NCBI GenBank assembly: GCA_904063045.1
Contig: CAJFCJ010000018.1
Coordinates: 868,001-932,000 of the forward strand
Direction: 5' to 3'
Origin: Dimorphilus gyrociliatus
Taxonomy: Eukaryota; Animalia; Annelida
Length of the DNA: 64,000 nucleotides
Shown one piece after another: positions 41,534-55,003 of the stretch. A program made the position numbers and the translations under genes. How positions within the stretch are numbered: the stretch's first letter is position 1; each line of letters opens with the position of its first letter. The notes below the pieces were generated by a model. That model did no database searches and was not told where the DNA came from. It worked only from the letters and a program-made list of their open reading frames with translations.

Positions 41534-41757
41534 GCTGGTAGAGGATCGTAGCCTTCCGCGCAATTTTCGGTATGGACAACAACTTCAGAAGATTAGCCAC
41601 CTTCTCAAAAGGCCTGTTGGGGTCGACGCCGATACAGCAAGACCACTTGACGCAACCAACATGGACATCAAGATACAGTTTTTTCAAGTGACTTCCTACG
41701 ATACCTCATCCTCCGTACCAGCACTCATCGTCCTACCTTAATCAATCTGCACGCGCG
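41531..41757 (+). other. GC-rich, self-complementary transcribed unit: structured 5' leader exon with uORFs, or a small ncRNA/smORF gene
   Basis: ~50% GC island in AT-rich flanks; 41531-41551 complementary to 41696-41725; ATG ORFs 41572-41691 (39 aa) and 41661-41741 (26 aa); possible donor GTAATC at 41758 and AATAAA at 41769. Confidence 0.45.
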
Positions 41758-42069
41758 GTAATCGTAATAAATAACCTTCGGAGTGGTTTCAAAAAAAGCA
41801 AAAATGAATACGGGAACAAAAACAAACAAGGCCAATATTTTTTCATTATCATTATAAGAGCCTTTAACATTTGCCATAAACTTATTAGTTCTTCAATTGT
41901 GTACTTAACTATGTATTTTGTGAATATTTCTGTCAGTTGTTATTTAAATTAAATACAAAAAAAGCATAAAAAAATAAATAATTTAAAATTCAAGTTTGTT
42001 GTAATTTTTAATTTTTTAAAAGAGTTGAATTTTTATTTCTTTAAGCCAAATCAACTTGTTGAATAAATA

Positions 42070-45000
42070 ATGTGGCGTGAATTTCGCATAATTTTTAAGC
42101 TTAAATTAAAGGAAAGACAACGAAGTTGGAAGAAAGGCACAAATTATATTTTAATTACGTCGGAAATAATTGTCCTTTTTCTGTTTTTGTAAGGAAAAAC
42201 TGCAATAGGAATGGATGTTATCTATTTTAATGCTGCTGTTTTTTTTTTCCATAATCGTTTAGTTTAAGAGTTAGATTTGGAGATAATTGGTCAGAAACTA
42301 GAGTTGAGAAAGTTGTAGACGAAGCTATTGAAACATCGTGCTATAGGGCACAATCTTTTGGTTCCTCAAAGCATGTTATATTTTATTCACCGTTGAGTAA
42401 TTCTATAACAAAGTCGATGTCTAATTTAAAATCTCGCTTAGAAGAGTTTGAATGCTTGAATAAAAATTCCTTATTAATCAAGGGTCTCATTAGCTCTAGC
42501 GAGGTAACGAAGAAATTGCAAACTGATGGGAATAGTGAATATCAGACGATTGCCGCAATAACCTTCCCTGATAACTACTCACTTCAAGAAAACTTTCCCG
42601 ACCATATTGTTTATGAACTTCGCCTACCAACAGATCCACTAGGACGTTATGGAGAAAGAAACTGGAATAACAGTTTTATAACACTTCATTCAAAATTTAT
42701 ATCGAGTATCCGTGAGTTATTAAAGAAACGGCTATGGAACGTTTCTTTGCCGAAAGTTAAAAAAATACCTTTTCCTTCAGATAAACAGCAAACATTCGTT
42801 AACTACTTTGCGGAACTGCAAAGATTAATCGATATTTCTCTAATAGAAACAATTTCGGGTAGAAAAAATGCTACAAAAGTTGAATATGAGCTAAAAGTTT
42901 AACAATAGTTATTTTCGTAGCTAAATTCTTAATATTAAAGCTTTTTCCCTTTTTGTTTCTCTCTTCAAGATAACTCAACTTAACAATGGAACAGAGCAGA
43001 ATGATCTGAAATACTTTTATATAATAAGAATTACCTATTATGTAATATTCATATTTTTTATCCTCAAAGAGTATGGAGATAAATATGATGTTACGGAATC
43101 CTTATGTCCACTCTTTATAAGAAGTGGACCATTTTATATCTTTATGGAACATTTCGCCTGCATATTTATCAATTTTGTATCATTATTTTTAACTTTCTTT
43201 TCCGAGATAGTTTTCAATTATGTTTTGAATGATGGAAACTGGTTAATTTTTCATTGTCTCTTCCTATCAGCAATTGTAATGTTTTGCAAGATAGTCGCTT
43301 TGTATTACGTTCAATCTTGTTGTTCATCTGTAATCATTCAATCATCATTTGACCTTTACTGGGCTGGATTTTTCTCATTTTTTTTTACGATTCCATTCCT
43401 TCTTCAATGTTATCCTAATCTAGTATATCTATCTTGTTTTCTATTTCCAAATCAAAATTGGATAATATACAACTCAAAATACTATCAATTCTTATTATTC
43501 AGTAACTATAAATATGCATAAGGAGTTAAGCTCTACGCTGAATATTCATTTCATTTTTTTCGTAGGTAAACTAGACGCAACATTATGGAAAGGTCCATAC
43601 TTCTCTCTAAGTCCTATCATAGTTGTTAATATCATCTTTGGAATTATTATAGTATTGATTATAATATTTAAAAAACCACCCAAAGGTTTAGGAGTGAACC
43701 CTCTGCGTTTATTTCAGGTTTTAAAAGATTTATTATGTATATATAATAATAATAATAAAAAACATATAGAAATCAGCATGGATAAGAGTATTTAAATCAG
43801 TTAATATCTTCTCAAGAAGAAGGATTAAGGTTGATCCTCATAGAAAATTTCTATCCAGTGGTTCATTTTTTAATGAAACAAGAAAGAAAGTAGAAAAATG
43901 CCGAGTTGAATTAATTAACATCAGCCACCAGGATGAAAGCAACGGTACATTAACAAAACATTTGGTTTGTAAACATTTTTATATAAAATAAATCGTTAAC
44001 CTTTAGAGACTTTTTAATTTTAGAACGATGTTAGTTGTATATTTTATCCTAATTTAATTACTTGCATATTAAGCGATTCACCGACTAGTCGATCTCATTT
44101 ATTATTAATTATTTACGGGGTTGTTGCTCACACTTCGGGTACTTGTTTAATTGGAGATTTTCAAATGGGAAGTATAGAAGCCAAAGAATTAGTTGGCTGG
44201 GCTCCTACTTCTCTTAGATCTTGGGAGAAAATGACTATAAAAGAGGCAACTGTTGTATGGTTAACTTGTAGGAATTTAGCTCCATCCAAAATTAATGATA
44301 AAAGACTCGGATTTTATTTCAGATTATTTAAGTAAATAAGATAATCCATTCAACGAGAAATTAACAATCATAAATTCTATTATTTTAGCTTCTTTCCCGA
44401 TGATTATGTAGGATCGTTATCTCCGTCGAGAAGGAGGATGTTACAAACTATGATGGCCTTTTGTACCGATTGTAAAGTAATCTGTTTAGAACAGCCTCAT
44501 ACAAGTTTGACTGTTAGCGATCAGGAAGATTTAACAACAATATTGGATTATTTATCAAAGGGAAGAACAATATTAATTAGCATGGAACCAGATAGCTTAA
44601 TAGAAGAGATAGCTCATAAAGTATTATTATTATATAGGGGAAAAGTTCTTTTCTATGATTCTGTCTATAATTTAAAAATGATGTTGGCTAAATATTTATG
44701 CGTATACATTCATAAGGAAGGAGAGGATTTATTAATTGAAGCCCCTCTTGACGATATAATCCAGGTTAAAATATTCTTTCCTGAAGAAGAAAAAAACACT
44801 GTTTAATATCATCTTATAATACAGACAGATTCCCTAACCGATATAAATACTTCAGTTGAACAAGAACAACCTTTAATAGCTAATTTAACAAAAATTCACG
44901 ATAATATGAATATTATTGGCTACTCTTTAATGTTTTCAGAAAGTAATTTTAAAGAATAAGTTTATTACAAATAAATATTTGTGTTTTTTTTAAAAAAACA

Positions 45001-47923
45001 AATCTTTCAGATGGAAGACAATACATTCCAACATTTTGGAAGATATTTGAAGAGAAATATAAAAATTGTCATATAGAAGTTACTACTGTTAGCTTGGAAC
45101 AGTATTTTACATAGTAATATATACTTTCTTTTACAAAAGTTAACTGTTTTAAATATACCAATAATTTATCAATACTTTTATATTAGTTTATCTTATTGGG
45201 GAACAGAAGTGAATCCATATGTTTCCCTAAGAGAGTTTAAAAGAGATGAAAATGAATTTACTGTAATATTATTTCATTAATTATTGATAATCAATCAATT
45301 TTATATTATCTTTAAAAATATAAAGCTTTTGGGCAAATACGATAAAAATACTAAAAGAAAAATGACATTATTCAAGAAAACTGTTATAAAAATTGGTAGA
45401 ATGAATAACTTAGCTTACAGAAAACCGTTTAAATTGTTATTAATATTCTTTCTATTACCAATTTGTATGGTTATAAGACTAATACCTTTATATAAAGATG
45501 CTAATAAAGTTTCTAGTATTCAATCAATTGTCTATAATATAGATACTTTAAAACTAGGTTGGTTTACTATTTTTTTCCATTTATTGTAACTATATGAACT
45601 TTTAAATAATATATAACAGAATCTTCTATTATACCTCTCTTTTGCTATTCAAACTGTACAAATGGCATTTTAAATAAGACAGCTGAAATTGCCATTGAAT
45701 TATTGAATGAAAATGGTTTATTTTTTGACAATCCAGTATTAGAAAAAGAGATTGATAGTAATATAACTAAAAGTAATGAATCTGTTGTAAGGAAATGCTT
45801 AGACAAAGATTTATATTCAGACTTTAGTTTAACACTTCAAAAAGGTTTTAACAATGACAATACTTTTAAATTCTCATTTCATTATTGCTACCAGTTTTTA
45901 CATGGTAAAAATATTGGAATAAATATTATATCTAACATCCTATTAAGGTTGTTAAGTAAAGATAACAAAAGTATAACAACTATCAATAATCCTTTACCTT
46001 CAAAACAAGTTCAATTTAGATATAATAGCGGCTATATTTTTGATGGATATGTCAATGCCTTTTTCTATTCCGTTGGATTCTCTTCAATATTTTTTATTGT
46101 TAAACGTCCAACTCGTAATTTTTTAAATTTCATCTGAAATTTTAACTTATTCGTTCACTTTTGTCTATTTTTTACAATCAGATATCCTTTCATTGATGGG
46201 TGGTATTTTTATGAGTAATAGAATTGCGGCTGTTGTATTGATACCGAATGTTAGAACGCCTAAATACGAAGCTTTAAATTCACTTATCGCATGGGAAGGA
46301 TTTCTTGAAGCAGTCTCTTGTTTTCCTACTCTTTTCTTTTGTACAGGACTTAAGAAACTTAAATTGAAAATTGAAGTTAGAAGGCAACTTTTGTTAATTT
46401 GGTTATTGTTACCTATTGGGGCTATCCACTCTATTCATCTTATAAGTAGACGTGTTGCCTATCAACTCATATATGTATTGAAATTTATCAGTCCTGTTGC
46501 ATTGGTCCATAATAATTTTGCCTTTTCTAGTCAATTAATAAGAGATATTCTCAATCAATCAGTGGAATGGGAGAGTGCAATCTTAGTTTACAGAGAAATG
46601 ATAATCTCTGATTTGTTCATCTCTCTCTATCAATCTGCGATTTGTTTTATAATATATTTGGTAGTAATTGATTGGGCAATAATAAAAATGAAACTATCAA
46701 AGCTTGGACCAGCACGATTCAACAGTGCTCAATTGTTTAGACGACGCCGTTGGGTCTTGAAAAATTCTGCAGTTCAATTATTGGGAGTAATAGATCAACA
46801 GAAATATTACGACAGTGACTCTGTCCGCCCATTCTTAGATACTGCTGTAAAGTGGGAAAAATTAAAGATTTACTCAAAATTTAATTGGGCAACTGTAAAA
46901 TTAGGCAATGTTTCCATAAATACCACTCCGAGGGTAGACTTGAATTTGAAAGAGGGTGAGAGCATCCTGATCTTCGGTGTTGGAGAAAATTCGGGAAAAT
47001 ATGAACTTTTTGAGACCATAGTTGGTCAACGACGGCTGGCGGGCGAGTCTATTGTCAGAGTTTTCCGAAAGTCAATGTACGATATGGGATTTGATATCTT
47101 TTCATCGATTGGCTATTTACCAGACTCTTCGGAAGGTTGGAATATGGATAAACTATTAACAACTGCTGAAGCTCTATACTGGACTGCAAGACTTCGAAAT
47201 GTTAAAGCAAATGAGACAGATTTCTATTTGTTAAGCCTAATAAATATATTTGGTATATCCAACTGTTTTCATACTTTACTTGTTGAACTTCCAATTGAAC
47301 AAATGCGTCTTGTTCAGATAGCCTGTGCTATTGTCGGTTTACCCAAGATAATTGTTCTAAATGAACCTTTTCTGGGTTTAGGATTAGGAGCCAAGCAAAG
47401 GGTTTTAAGAATTCTCACAGATCTTAAAGAATTAAATCATACAATCATCATAGGATCAACCAGCACTGATGAAGCTGAACAACTTTGCGACCGACTCATA
47501 GTTATGTACGAAGGGACAAATTTAATAACCGGTAAAATAAGGGACGTAAGAAATACTTTTTTACCTGGTCACCACATAACTATTCGATTTAGTACTGAAA
47601 AGTATATTTCTCACATAGCGAAACTGTGGAGTTATCCTTTTGAAGTTATTCGAAAGGGTAAGAATTTGATAGAGCTATATGCTGATAATACGATTCAATT
47701 ATCAGAGATATATGAAAATGTTCAAGTAGGTATTCAGAGCTTCCCGGCAGTTGATATTTATCACTTAGTAACCAGGTATTTAATATCCTATTCAATCGAC
47801 AATTGTTAACTATTACCTTCCTTCAGACCAAGTTTAAGCATGGTAATAGAAGCAGCCGTTGCAATCCTTAGTCAAAATGCAACTAATCAAAATCAGGAAA
47901 TAGAAACTATTCAAAGACGATAA
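42070..47923 (+). CDS. Highly divergent full-length ABCA-like protein with degenerate nucleotide-binding domains
   Basis: ABCA-like N-terminus (MWREFRIIFKLKLKERQR; IFYSPLSNSITK), TMD-NBD-TMD-NBD layout; NBD2 IGYLPD...LLTTAEALYWTARLRNV...DEAEQLCDRLIVMYEG; in-phase splicing where checked and a 538-codon open 3' frame. Confidence 0.8.
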
Positions 47924-48028
47924 TTTTTTGATTTTTCACAAGTTTTTGTTTTTTTATGATATTTTTCATCGATTTATTGTGAAAAAAGTTCCTTATTTAT
48001 ACTGTTTTATTTGATGCGTTATTTTCTC

Positions 48029-49143
48029 TTATTCGTACCCTCTGTAGAAAGATTCACGTTAGTAAATAAGAATAGTACTATAACACAACGACTTACCGAA
48101 CCATCGGTGCAATTGACCAATCATCATTGACCCTCTTGTCAGATAGTATTCTACATCCATCCTTTGTGACAATAGCCACTTGGTACTATAGTTATAGATT
48201 GACCGCTATTATTTCTAAACATGAAAAGCGTTAAAAACAGTATACCTTGTTTAGAGATCTGGCATCTCTGTAATACAATACACGAAAGCATTTTTCCATC
48301 AAATCCAATGCTTGTTGCTCAGTCAAAGGTGGCTTGTGATCAGTAGCTTCTCTCAATAAAGGCTAAAAATGAAAAGCTTATATTCGGCTAATCTCAAAAA
48401 GTTAACTATTTACCAAAGCTATATAGGCACCATAACCGGTCCCGACGGCAGTAGATTCATATGCTGTTCCAATCTTATCAACATATCCGAGAAAACTAAA
48501 ATAAAAATAAATACTACTTCATAATTCTTCAATGAGTACCAAAACTTACGGTTCGTTGTTTTCTAATCCTCCTATAATTGTAGTGTTCCACAATGGATCA
48601 AAGTTGGAACGTTTGCTGTACATGAGCATCCTGAGCCAACTAAATAAACTCTTTGGGGTTAAATTAAAACCATCATCCAAGCATTCTTCAGTAACACTTT
48701 AAAAAAGTAATAAATATCAAAATGAAGCAAAGATGGTTAAATAATAATATCTTACACTTTCTGCTCGATTATTCCCTTAAGATGTTGATAATCTGCGTAA
48801 TCTCCACTGGCCCCCAAAATTGTTGTATCGTTCACTTTCATAACTCGCTCACAACCCCTAAATCTGGCGAGAGAGCCGTATGAACCGAGGTTATCCGCAC
48901 CGATTATCACACCACCGTCAAATTTTACTCCCAAGACAGACGTTCCTGTTACAGTTGGATATCTGAAAAAAAGTTGTGTCACCGATGAGCGATATTACAG
49001 AATATTTGTATTCATCCAAATTTATTAAAGAAGAATTGACAAACTCACAGTGTTCTATTCTTCGCACTTATATTGACGGATACTGTCTTCTGAGGAAAAT
49101 CATGATAGTCCGCTTTGTTAAGGTTTCCTTGAAAATAATTCAT
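48029..49143 (-). CDS. PSMB4: Proteasome subunit beta type-4
   Basis: [66 protein letters not shown]; ends [11 protein letters not shown]. Confidence 0.96.
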
Positions 49144-50052
49144 TTCTTGACTGTTTAGACCGACTAACACGAAACGAAAATTGTTCTATGTATGGACATC
49201 GAAGTAATAGCGGGAACCTCTAGTAGTCCATCATTCTCCAGTTCACTTAAAAGAGTCAACAAATATTATCTTTTAAAGAAAAATATTTCTAGTAAAATGA
49301 AATAAACTTCAATTACTCTTCACAAATGTCTAACCGAAAAAGAACAAACTCACTGCGCTGGTTTAATGACTGAAAATAAGATTGTAAAATCACATCAAGC
49401 TAATGTGTAATCTATATTTTCTTAATTAACTATAATCACAAGATAATGTAAAAAAAAACAAAGAATTATGTACGAAAAGTAAGCGAGATTGTCAATTGTC
49501 ACGAAAGAGAATCGTGCGGGGAAAAGAATTTAATGATATAATGTTAATCTGAAGAGCGTTTACCTGTTAAATTCCTGAAATTGACTCCAGTAAATGTACA
49601 AAATCTCATTTAAAACTACTTATTAGATTTTTTTTCGAACTAATTGTAAATCTTGTTATAAGGATCTATATAGATATTTTAACAAAATTTAATATACATA
49701 AATATAAATATAGTCGTCGAGCATGTATTTGGTATATAATATCTTTAATGCTGAATGTGTCTGTTATAGGCTGTAATTTGTTAATAAATCATAAATTAGT
49801 TCAGTATCTGACAGAAAACACCTTTAACTCTGTTAGTTTTAATGACAAAAGTGACATCTTCAGGACTTTTACATCTACTTTATTGTCAGAAAAAATATTC
49901 GCCGAGATCACAATTTCATGTCTAATAAACTTCCGGTAGGGAAATAACAGAAATTCTATAGCCTCTATGGCAAAGAATTAATACAAACCTGAACATAAAC
50001 AAACTAACGCATCAAATTTTTTACTTGAAGAGAAATTTGAAAGAAAATTGAA

Positions 50053-50837
50053 ATGCCTTTACTCGAGAGATTACAATTTACATGTGCTATTTGTCGGATT
50101 GCGGCATATACGGTAAATTTCAATTAACGAAGAGTTATTAAAGAATAATTTAAAATCTAATTATTTCAGTTATATCGTCGATTATGCTGTAAGGGCAATC
50201 CTATTCCCAAGAGAGAATTTAATATCACATGCATTGGCTTAGACAATTCAGGAAAAAGTAGTTTATTGACCTTACTATGCGGTGAAGATGATATATCTGA
50301 CATATCGCCAACTACGGGTTTGTTCTATATACAATTAAAGAGTTTAACTTATTTAGTCTTTCAATAGGATTCAATATCAGATGCATTCAAGTTAAGAATT
50401 GCATCTTAAACATTAAAGAAATTGGTGGTGGAGAGAAAGTTAGAGAATTCTGGTCTCATTATTATCAAGGAGCCGAAGGAGTGATCTATTTCGTTGATAG
50501 TAGCGAAACTCAAGAAAATTTGCTACTGTCAAGAGAATATTTAAGAAAGGCTTTGGAGAACAATCATCTAAACTCTTTACCTTGGCTGATTATGTGTAAT
50601 TGCCAAGACAAGCCTGGAGCAAAATCAGTGGAAGAGGTTTTTCCTTGATTTAGTACAAATATGTGACACATTTAATTAATTTTTCAGATCCAACAAATAA
50701 TGGCTCTAGATAAATCGTGTCTGTTTGGAGCTTGCAGTATTAAGAGTGTGCAGGATGCGAGAGAAGCATGCGAACGCCTTATAGAAGAAATGTACAGAAA
50801 TTCTTCGCCTGAAGAAACTGCTCTCAATCAAGTTTAA
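50053..50837 (+). CDS. ARL15: ADP-ribosylation factor-like 15
   Basis: RLCCKG, CIGLDNSGKSS, TTGFNI, ILNIKEIGG, FWSHYYQGAEGVIY, CNCQDKPGA (ARL15-type KExGG and NxQD variants). Confidence 0.9.
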
Positions 50838-51039
50838 GAAGTACACTTAATAATGAAACAACCAACAAAATTTAAAAGTCCGTCCTTTCGATAAAATTGT
50901 TCTCATTTTTTTTTACAGTATGCGTGTTCTATCAAAATAAGTAAAATAAATAAAAGGAAATAAAACCGTTCTGCTGAGAAAAGCATAATTTAATATCCTT
51001 AGAGAATGACAAGAGAGCTTGTTTTATAGAAGGGGAATT

Positions 51040-52308
51040 TTATAAAAAATATGGTGTAGTTGTTCGCTCCGGAATGATTCTTTCTTCGTCTGGAACGGCT
51101 TTAAATAGCTTCGCGTCTTTAGTTTCTGAATCAGTGAATGACATCACCGCCGCAATATTACCACAACGATAACAATAATTAGGGGCTGACCAAACAGTCA
51201 CTAACATTTCATCAAACATATACTTGTAACCTTCATTAACCAATTGGTGGGCTCTGCATATTAGTTTTATGTTGTTTGCGTGAATAAATTCGTTGGTAAT
51301 TTTTCGACCAAATAGCCATCCGGCACCACGAGGACTGGTCCCCCACATGTCAATATCTTCAGGATCTGACCATACTAGATCGCAAAATGCTCCCTTATGT
51401 GGAATTTCCTGGTTTCGTTCAATCAAGCGAATCTGATCTACAGTCTTCACATCTGGTGAAAGGCCTCCGTGTACACAAAATATTCGTTCGTCTATGATCG
51501 CGGCGACCGTTAACAAGTCAAAAACCTTACAGCAACTTCGCCAAGCACTAGCATTTCCATACTTGTTCTGGCATTCGTCTGAAAAAAAAGATCTCATGTC
51601 AAAAACCTTTACAAACTCTTTAAACATTTCCTTTACCATAAAATCCATATACTTGAGTGATTTGCCTACTTTCATGATTACCTCTTATCAAAGTAATTCT
51701 TTCTGGCCATCTAAGTGATGTACTCTTTATAATAAAATACATATAAATTTAAAATGAATTTAGCTACCTGGCCTTTAAGCAGAGTAGAAGGGTAAAAGTT
51801 TCAAGACTATAATATCCCCTGTCAACGAAGTCTCCCATGAAAATATAATTCGTTTCAGGGAGTTCGCCTCCAGTACGAAATAATTCTTTCAAATCGTAAA
51901 ACTGTTTGATTGAAAATATATACATTTAAGTACATGTACATAATATACGTCTAATTCATGAAATTAAAATATATCAATAAATATTTACCTGTCCATGAAT
52001 ATCTCCACATACAGTAACAGGAGTGGACACGGGCTGTACGTTAGATTCCTCTAAAAGAAGTTCGCAAACGAAATCGCAAAGTTTCTGTCATCAGAAGAAC
52101 AGTAGAGTACATTTTAAAAATGCCAATATCGCTCAAATAGAAAGGATTTATCTCAATAACACTCAATAATTAAGCTACAGTTAAGGGATTTTGACGTTGA
52201 TTAAATATCCCTTAACATTTTACAATGAAAATTTCTTACTTTTAAGTCATTTTCTGGAAGATATTTGCATTCTTTTGAAATTTCTAACCATTTGTTAACA
52301 TCAGCCAT
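51040..52308 (-). CDS. PPP6C: Serine/threonine protein phosphatase 6 catalytic subunit
   Basis: [55 protein letters not shown]; ends TTTPYFL*. Confidence 0.97.
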
Positions 52309-52478
52309 TTTGGAAACGTTCAACTACTCCCTCTAGTTTAAAATTTAATATACTACTCTATTGTGACTCCATCTAGTGTGCAATATGATTTAAAAGTTGA
52401 AAAATTGAAACTAAAAGATATTTTACAGAATTTATTCACAAATATGTGAAAAAGGTTGATATATTAAAATCAAATTAT

Positions 52479-53141
52479 TTATTTAGGCAACTGCTCTTTT
52501 GGAACGATAGCGACCGCTTCTCCTTTCATTACTTCCTGTAATTGAAAAAGATGGTATGCACGCTTTGGCATAAAAACTATTTGTTCCATAAGTATACAGT
52601 ACCTTATTATTGTCGGTAACATATCTGTAGGATACCGTTACTCTATTCTTTTTAATATTAGCTATAGTTGCTTCAACGGTAACGTTTTCATCAATGAATA
52701 CTGAAAAATTATAAAAATATTATTATTATTAATATAAAAGTTGTAATGTAAGTGTTAAACTGTACATGGAGCTGTAAATTGAACTTGTTGTGAGACGTAG
52801 ATAGCACCTGGTTTAAAGATTCTTGAACCCATTAGACCGCTTAAAAGTCTGCAATAAAGCTGGAAAAGTAGAATGTGCAAATTAAATGACAAAATTACTT
52901 ACGAGCTTGTTAAAGCGCCATGGACTATTCGTTGACCAAATCTGGAAGTTTTAGCAAATTCAGCATCTAAATGCAAGGGATTGCGATCTTCACTCAAATT
53001 TGAAAAGTCTATTACATCCTTCTCGCTAAAAGCTTTACTTAAAGTATATTTGCTGCCTATTTCCAAAGTGCAGCTTCTTCTGCCGTCTACTACGAACTGT
53101 TTCCATGTCCGTTTGACGGGCTTCGTCAGTACTCTAAACAT
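52479..53141 (-). CDS. HTD2: Mitochondrial 3-hydroxyacyl-thioester dehydratase 2 (MaoC-like)
   Basis: FSEKDVIDFSNLSEDRNPLHLDAEFAKTSRFGQRIVHGAL, PGAIYVSQQVQFTAP, VMKGEAVAIVP. Confidence 0.85.
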
Positions 53142-53495
53142 TTTTAGCTACCAGTTTGATTTTCTAATTAAATTGAAGGTTACTTCTTATAAACTTTGAC
53201 CAGTTAGAAATTATAAACAACAAAGAGTAGTAACTCTGTCAGCTATTTTATATTGAAAATACTCAAAATGGCCGACTTTTTTCAAATAAAAACTATTTCA
53301 ACTGAGAATGTTTGTTTTTACTGAGAACTTATCTCTTTGTCCGATAACGTGGACGACGGTTATGAATACTCTAATTTAAAATAATTCAGCAAATTTTGGA
53401 AATCTTTACAGGAAACTTTTTTAATTAAATAAATTAATTGTTGTTTGCTTTAACAATTATTTGTTATAAGAAAAGGGTAACGGTAAAGCTAAGAA

Positions 53496-54790
53496 ATGAA
53501 TGCTGAATTGTTGAGAGAACGTCAAAGATTTTTAAGTAAAGCAAAAAGTTTACCAGTTGTTGAAAAACGACAAAAAAGATCAAAACCTGATGAGAATCTT
53601 AATAAAACGAAAAAAAAAATCAAATCTGAGAAAGGTTAGTGAACTAATAATCATTAAATATGAATATCTTAAAAGAAGAATTCATATGTAGAAAATAGTC
53701 AGATGTATGCTTCCTTCAGCGTTGTTTTATGCTCTAAATTTAGCCTTGTTATCATTTTAGGCCTAAATATATAATTTAAATATCTGCTTTGTGTAGCGAC
53801 CCCTCAATTTGACTATAAAACATCAACTGGAGGCTCACAATTAAAATTTAGTATTTTATCAAAAATTGTTAGATACATGAGAGTGAGTACTTAAATATAT
53901 TGTGACATTTACGCCTGCGATTTTTATAATTTTCAAGGATCGGCATTTACAAGGAGACAGTCATGCATTGAATATTGAAGATATCCTTGAAGAAACCCAT
54001 CAGACTGGGATAAGTCAAAAAATAACTCATTGGCTTGAAAATGAAGCACTTCCAAATAATCCAAAGATTGATACTGAAGAAGGAAAGTTGTTTAAATTTA
54101 GACCAAAGTATCCTGCTAAAGACAAAAAATCTCTTCGCAAACTAATGGAAAAATATGACAGAGAGGGTTGATTATTTATACATAGGTGAAAGTATAAAAT
54201 TTTATCCTTATTACTTAAAAAAAAACAGGTATGGGTGGAATTCTTGAGGATGATATTAAAGAGAGTGTACCGAACTCCGAAAAAGTTTTAAAGGTTAGTT
54301 GTAAAAAGAAAAAAAATTCATTTTCTTTAATTTCATTTATTTCTTAATTAGAGTTTAGGTGATCTGATTATTTGTGTTAAAAGGCCTCATGACAAACAGA
54401 AAGTCCTATTTTACAATGACAAATCAGTTGACTTCAAGCTAGACGAAAGTTTGTTATGATATACAAATCTATCAACATTTACTTAAAAACTATTCTATAT
54501 TAAGATTTCCAAAAACTCTGGAGATCTGTACCTTTAGAAGGAATGGATGAAAAGAAAATTGACGAATTCCTTACTAAACAGGGAATCCAGGCTATGATGG
54601 AAATGGATGGTCCAAATGTAAGTTGTTAATGTTTAATTGCTTTAAAATCTAAATATCTTCTTTTAAGCAGAATTCAGCTTTTAAAAGAAAACAGAAAAAG
54701 AAAGGAGGTAACAAAAGGAAAAAAACTAATTATAAATCGCATAATGAACACATGGGAGATATTCTAAAAGATTTCAGTTCAAACAACTAA
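53496..54790 (+). CDS. GTF2E2: General transcription factor IIE subunit beta
   Basis: MNAELLRERQRF, KFSILSKIVRYMR, LNIEDILEET, WLENEALPNNPKI, VLFYNDKS, FQKLWRSVP, HNEHMGDILKDF. Confidence 0.95.
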
Positions 54791-55003
54791 GATTATCTAA
54801 AACTGTTCTTATACCTAATTGTAATGGTTATAAGAATTTTTCAAAATATCTTAGCTTTTAGGATATTGTTTTTTTACAAAAAAGATAAAAATCATTATTT
54901 GATTATGCAATAGTTTTTCACACGTTAATCATGAATAACAGCTATTAATTTCTGTTCTTTTTATCTACTTTAATAAAGATATTTATTTAAAAAAAATAAG
55001 AAT

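Noticed and set aside
41530-41740. Minus-strand frame with in-frame TGA (ECWYGG*GIVG) as a selenoprotein; U4/U11/U12 snRNA-like words; MITE
   Set aside because: There is no start or SECIS, the snRNA matches are short and lack Sm-site and 5' consensus, and there is no target-site duplication around the inverted ends.
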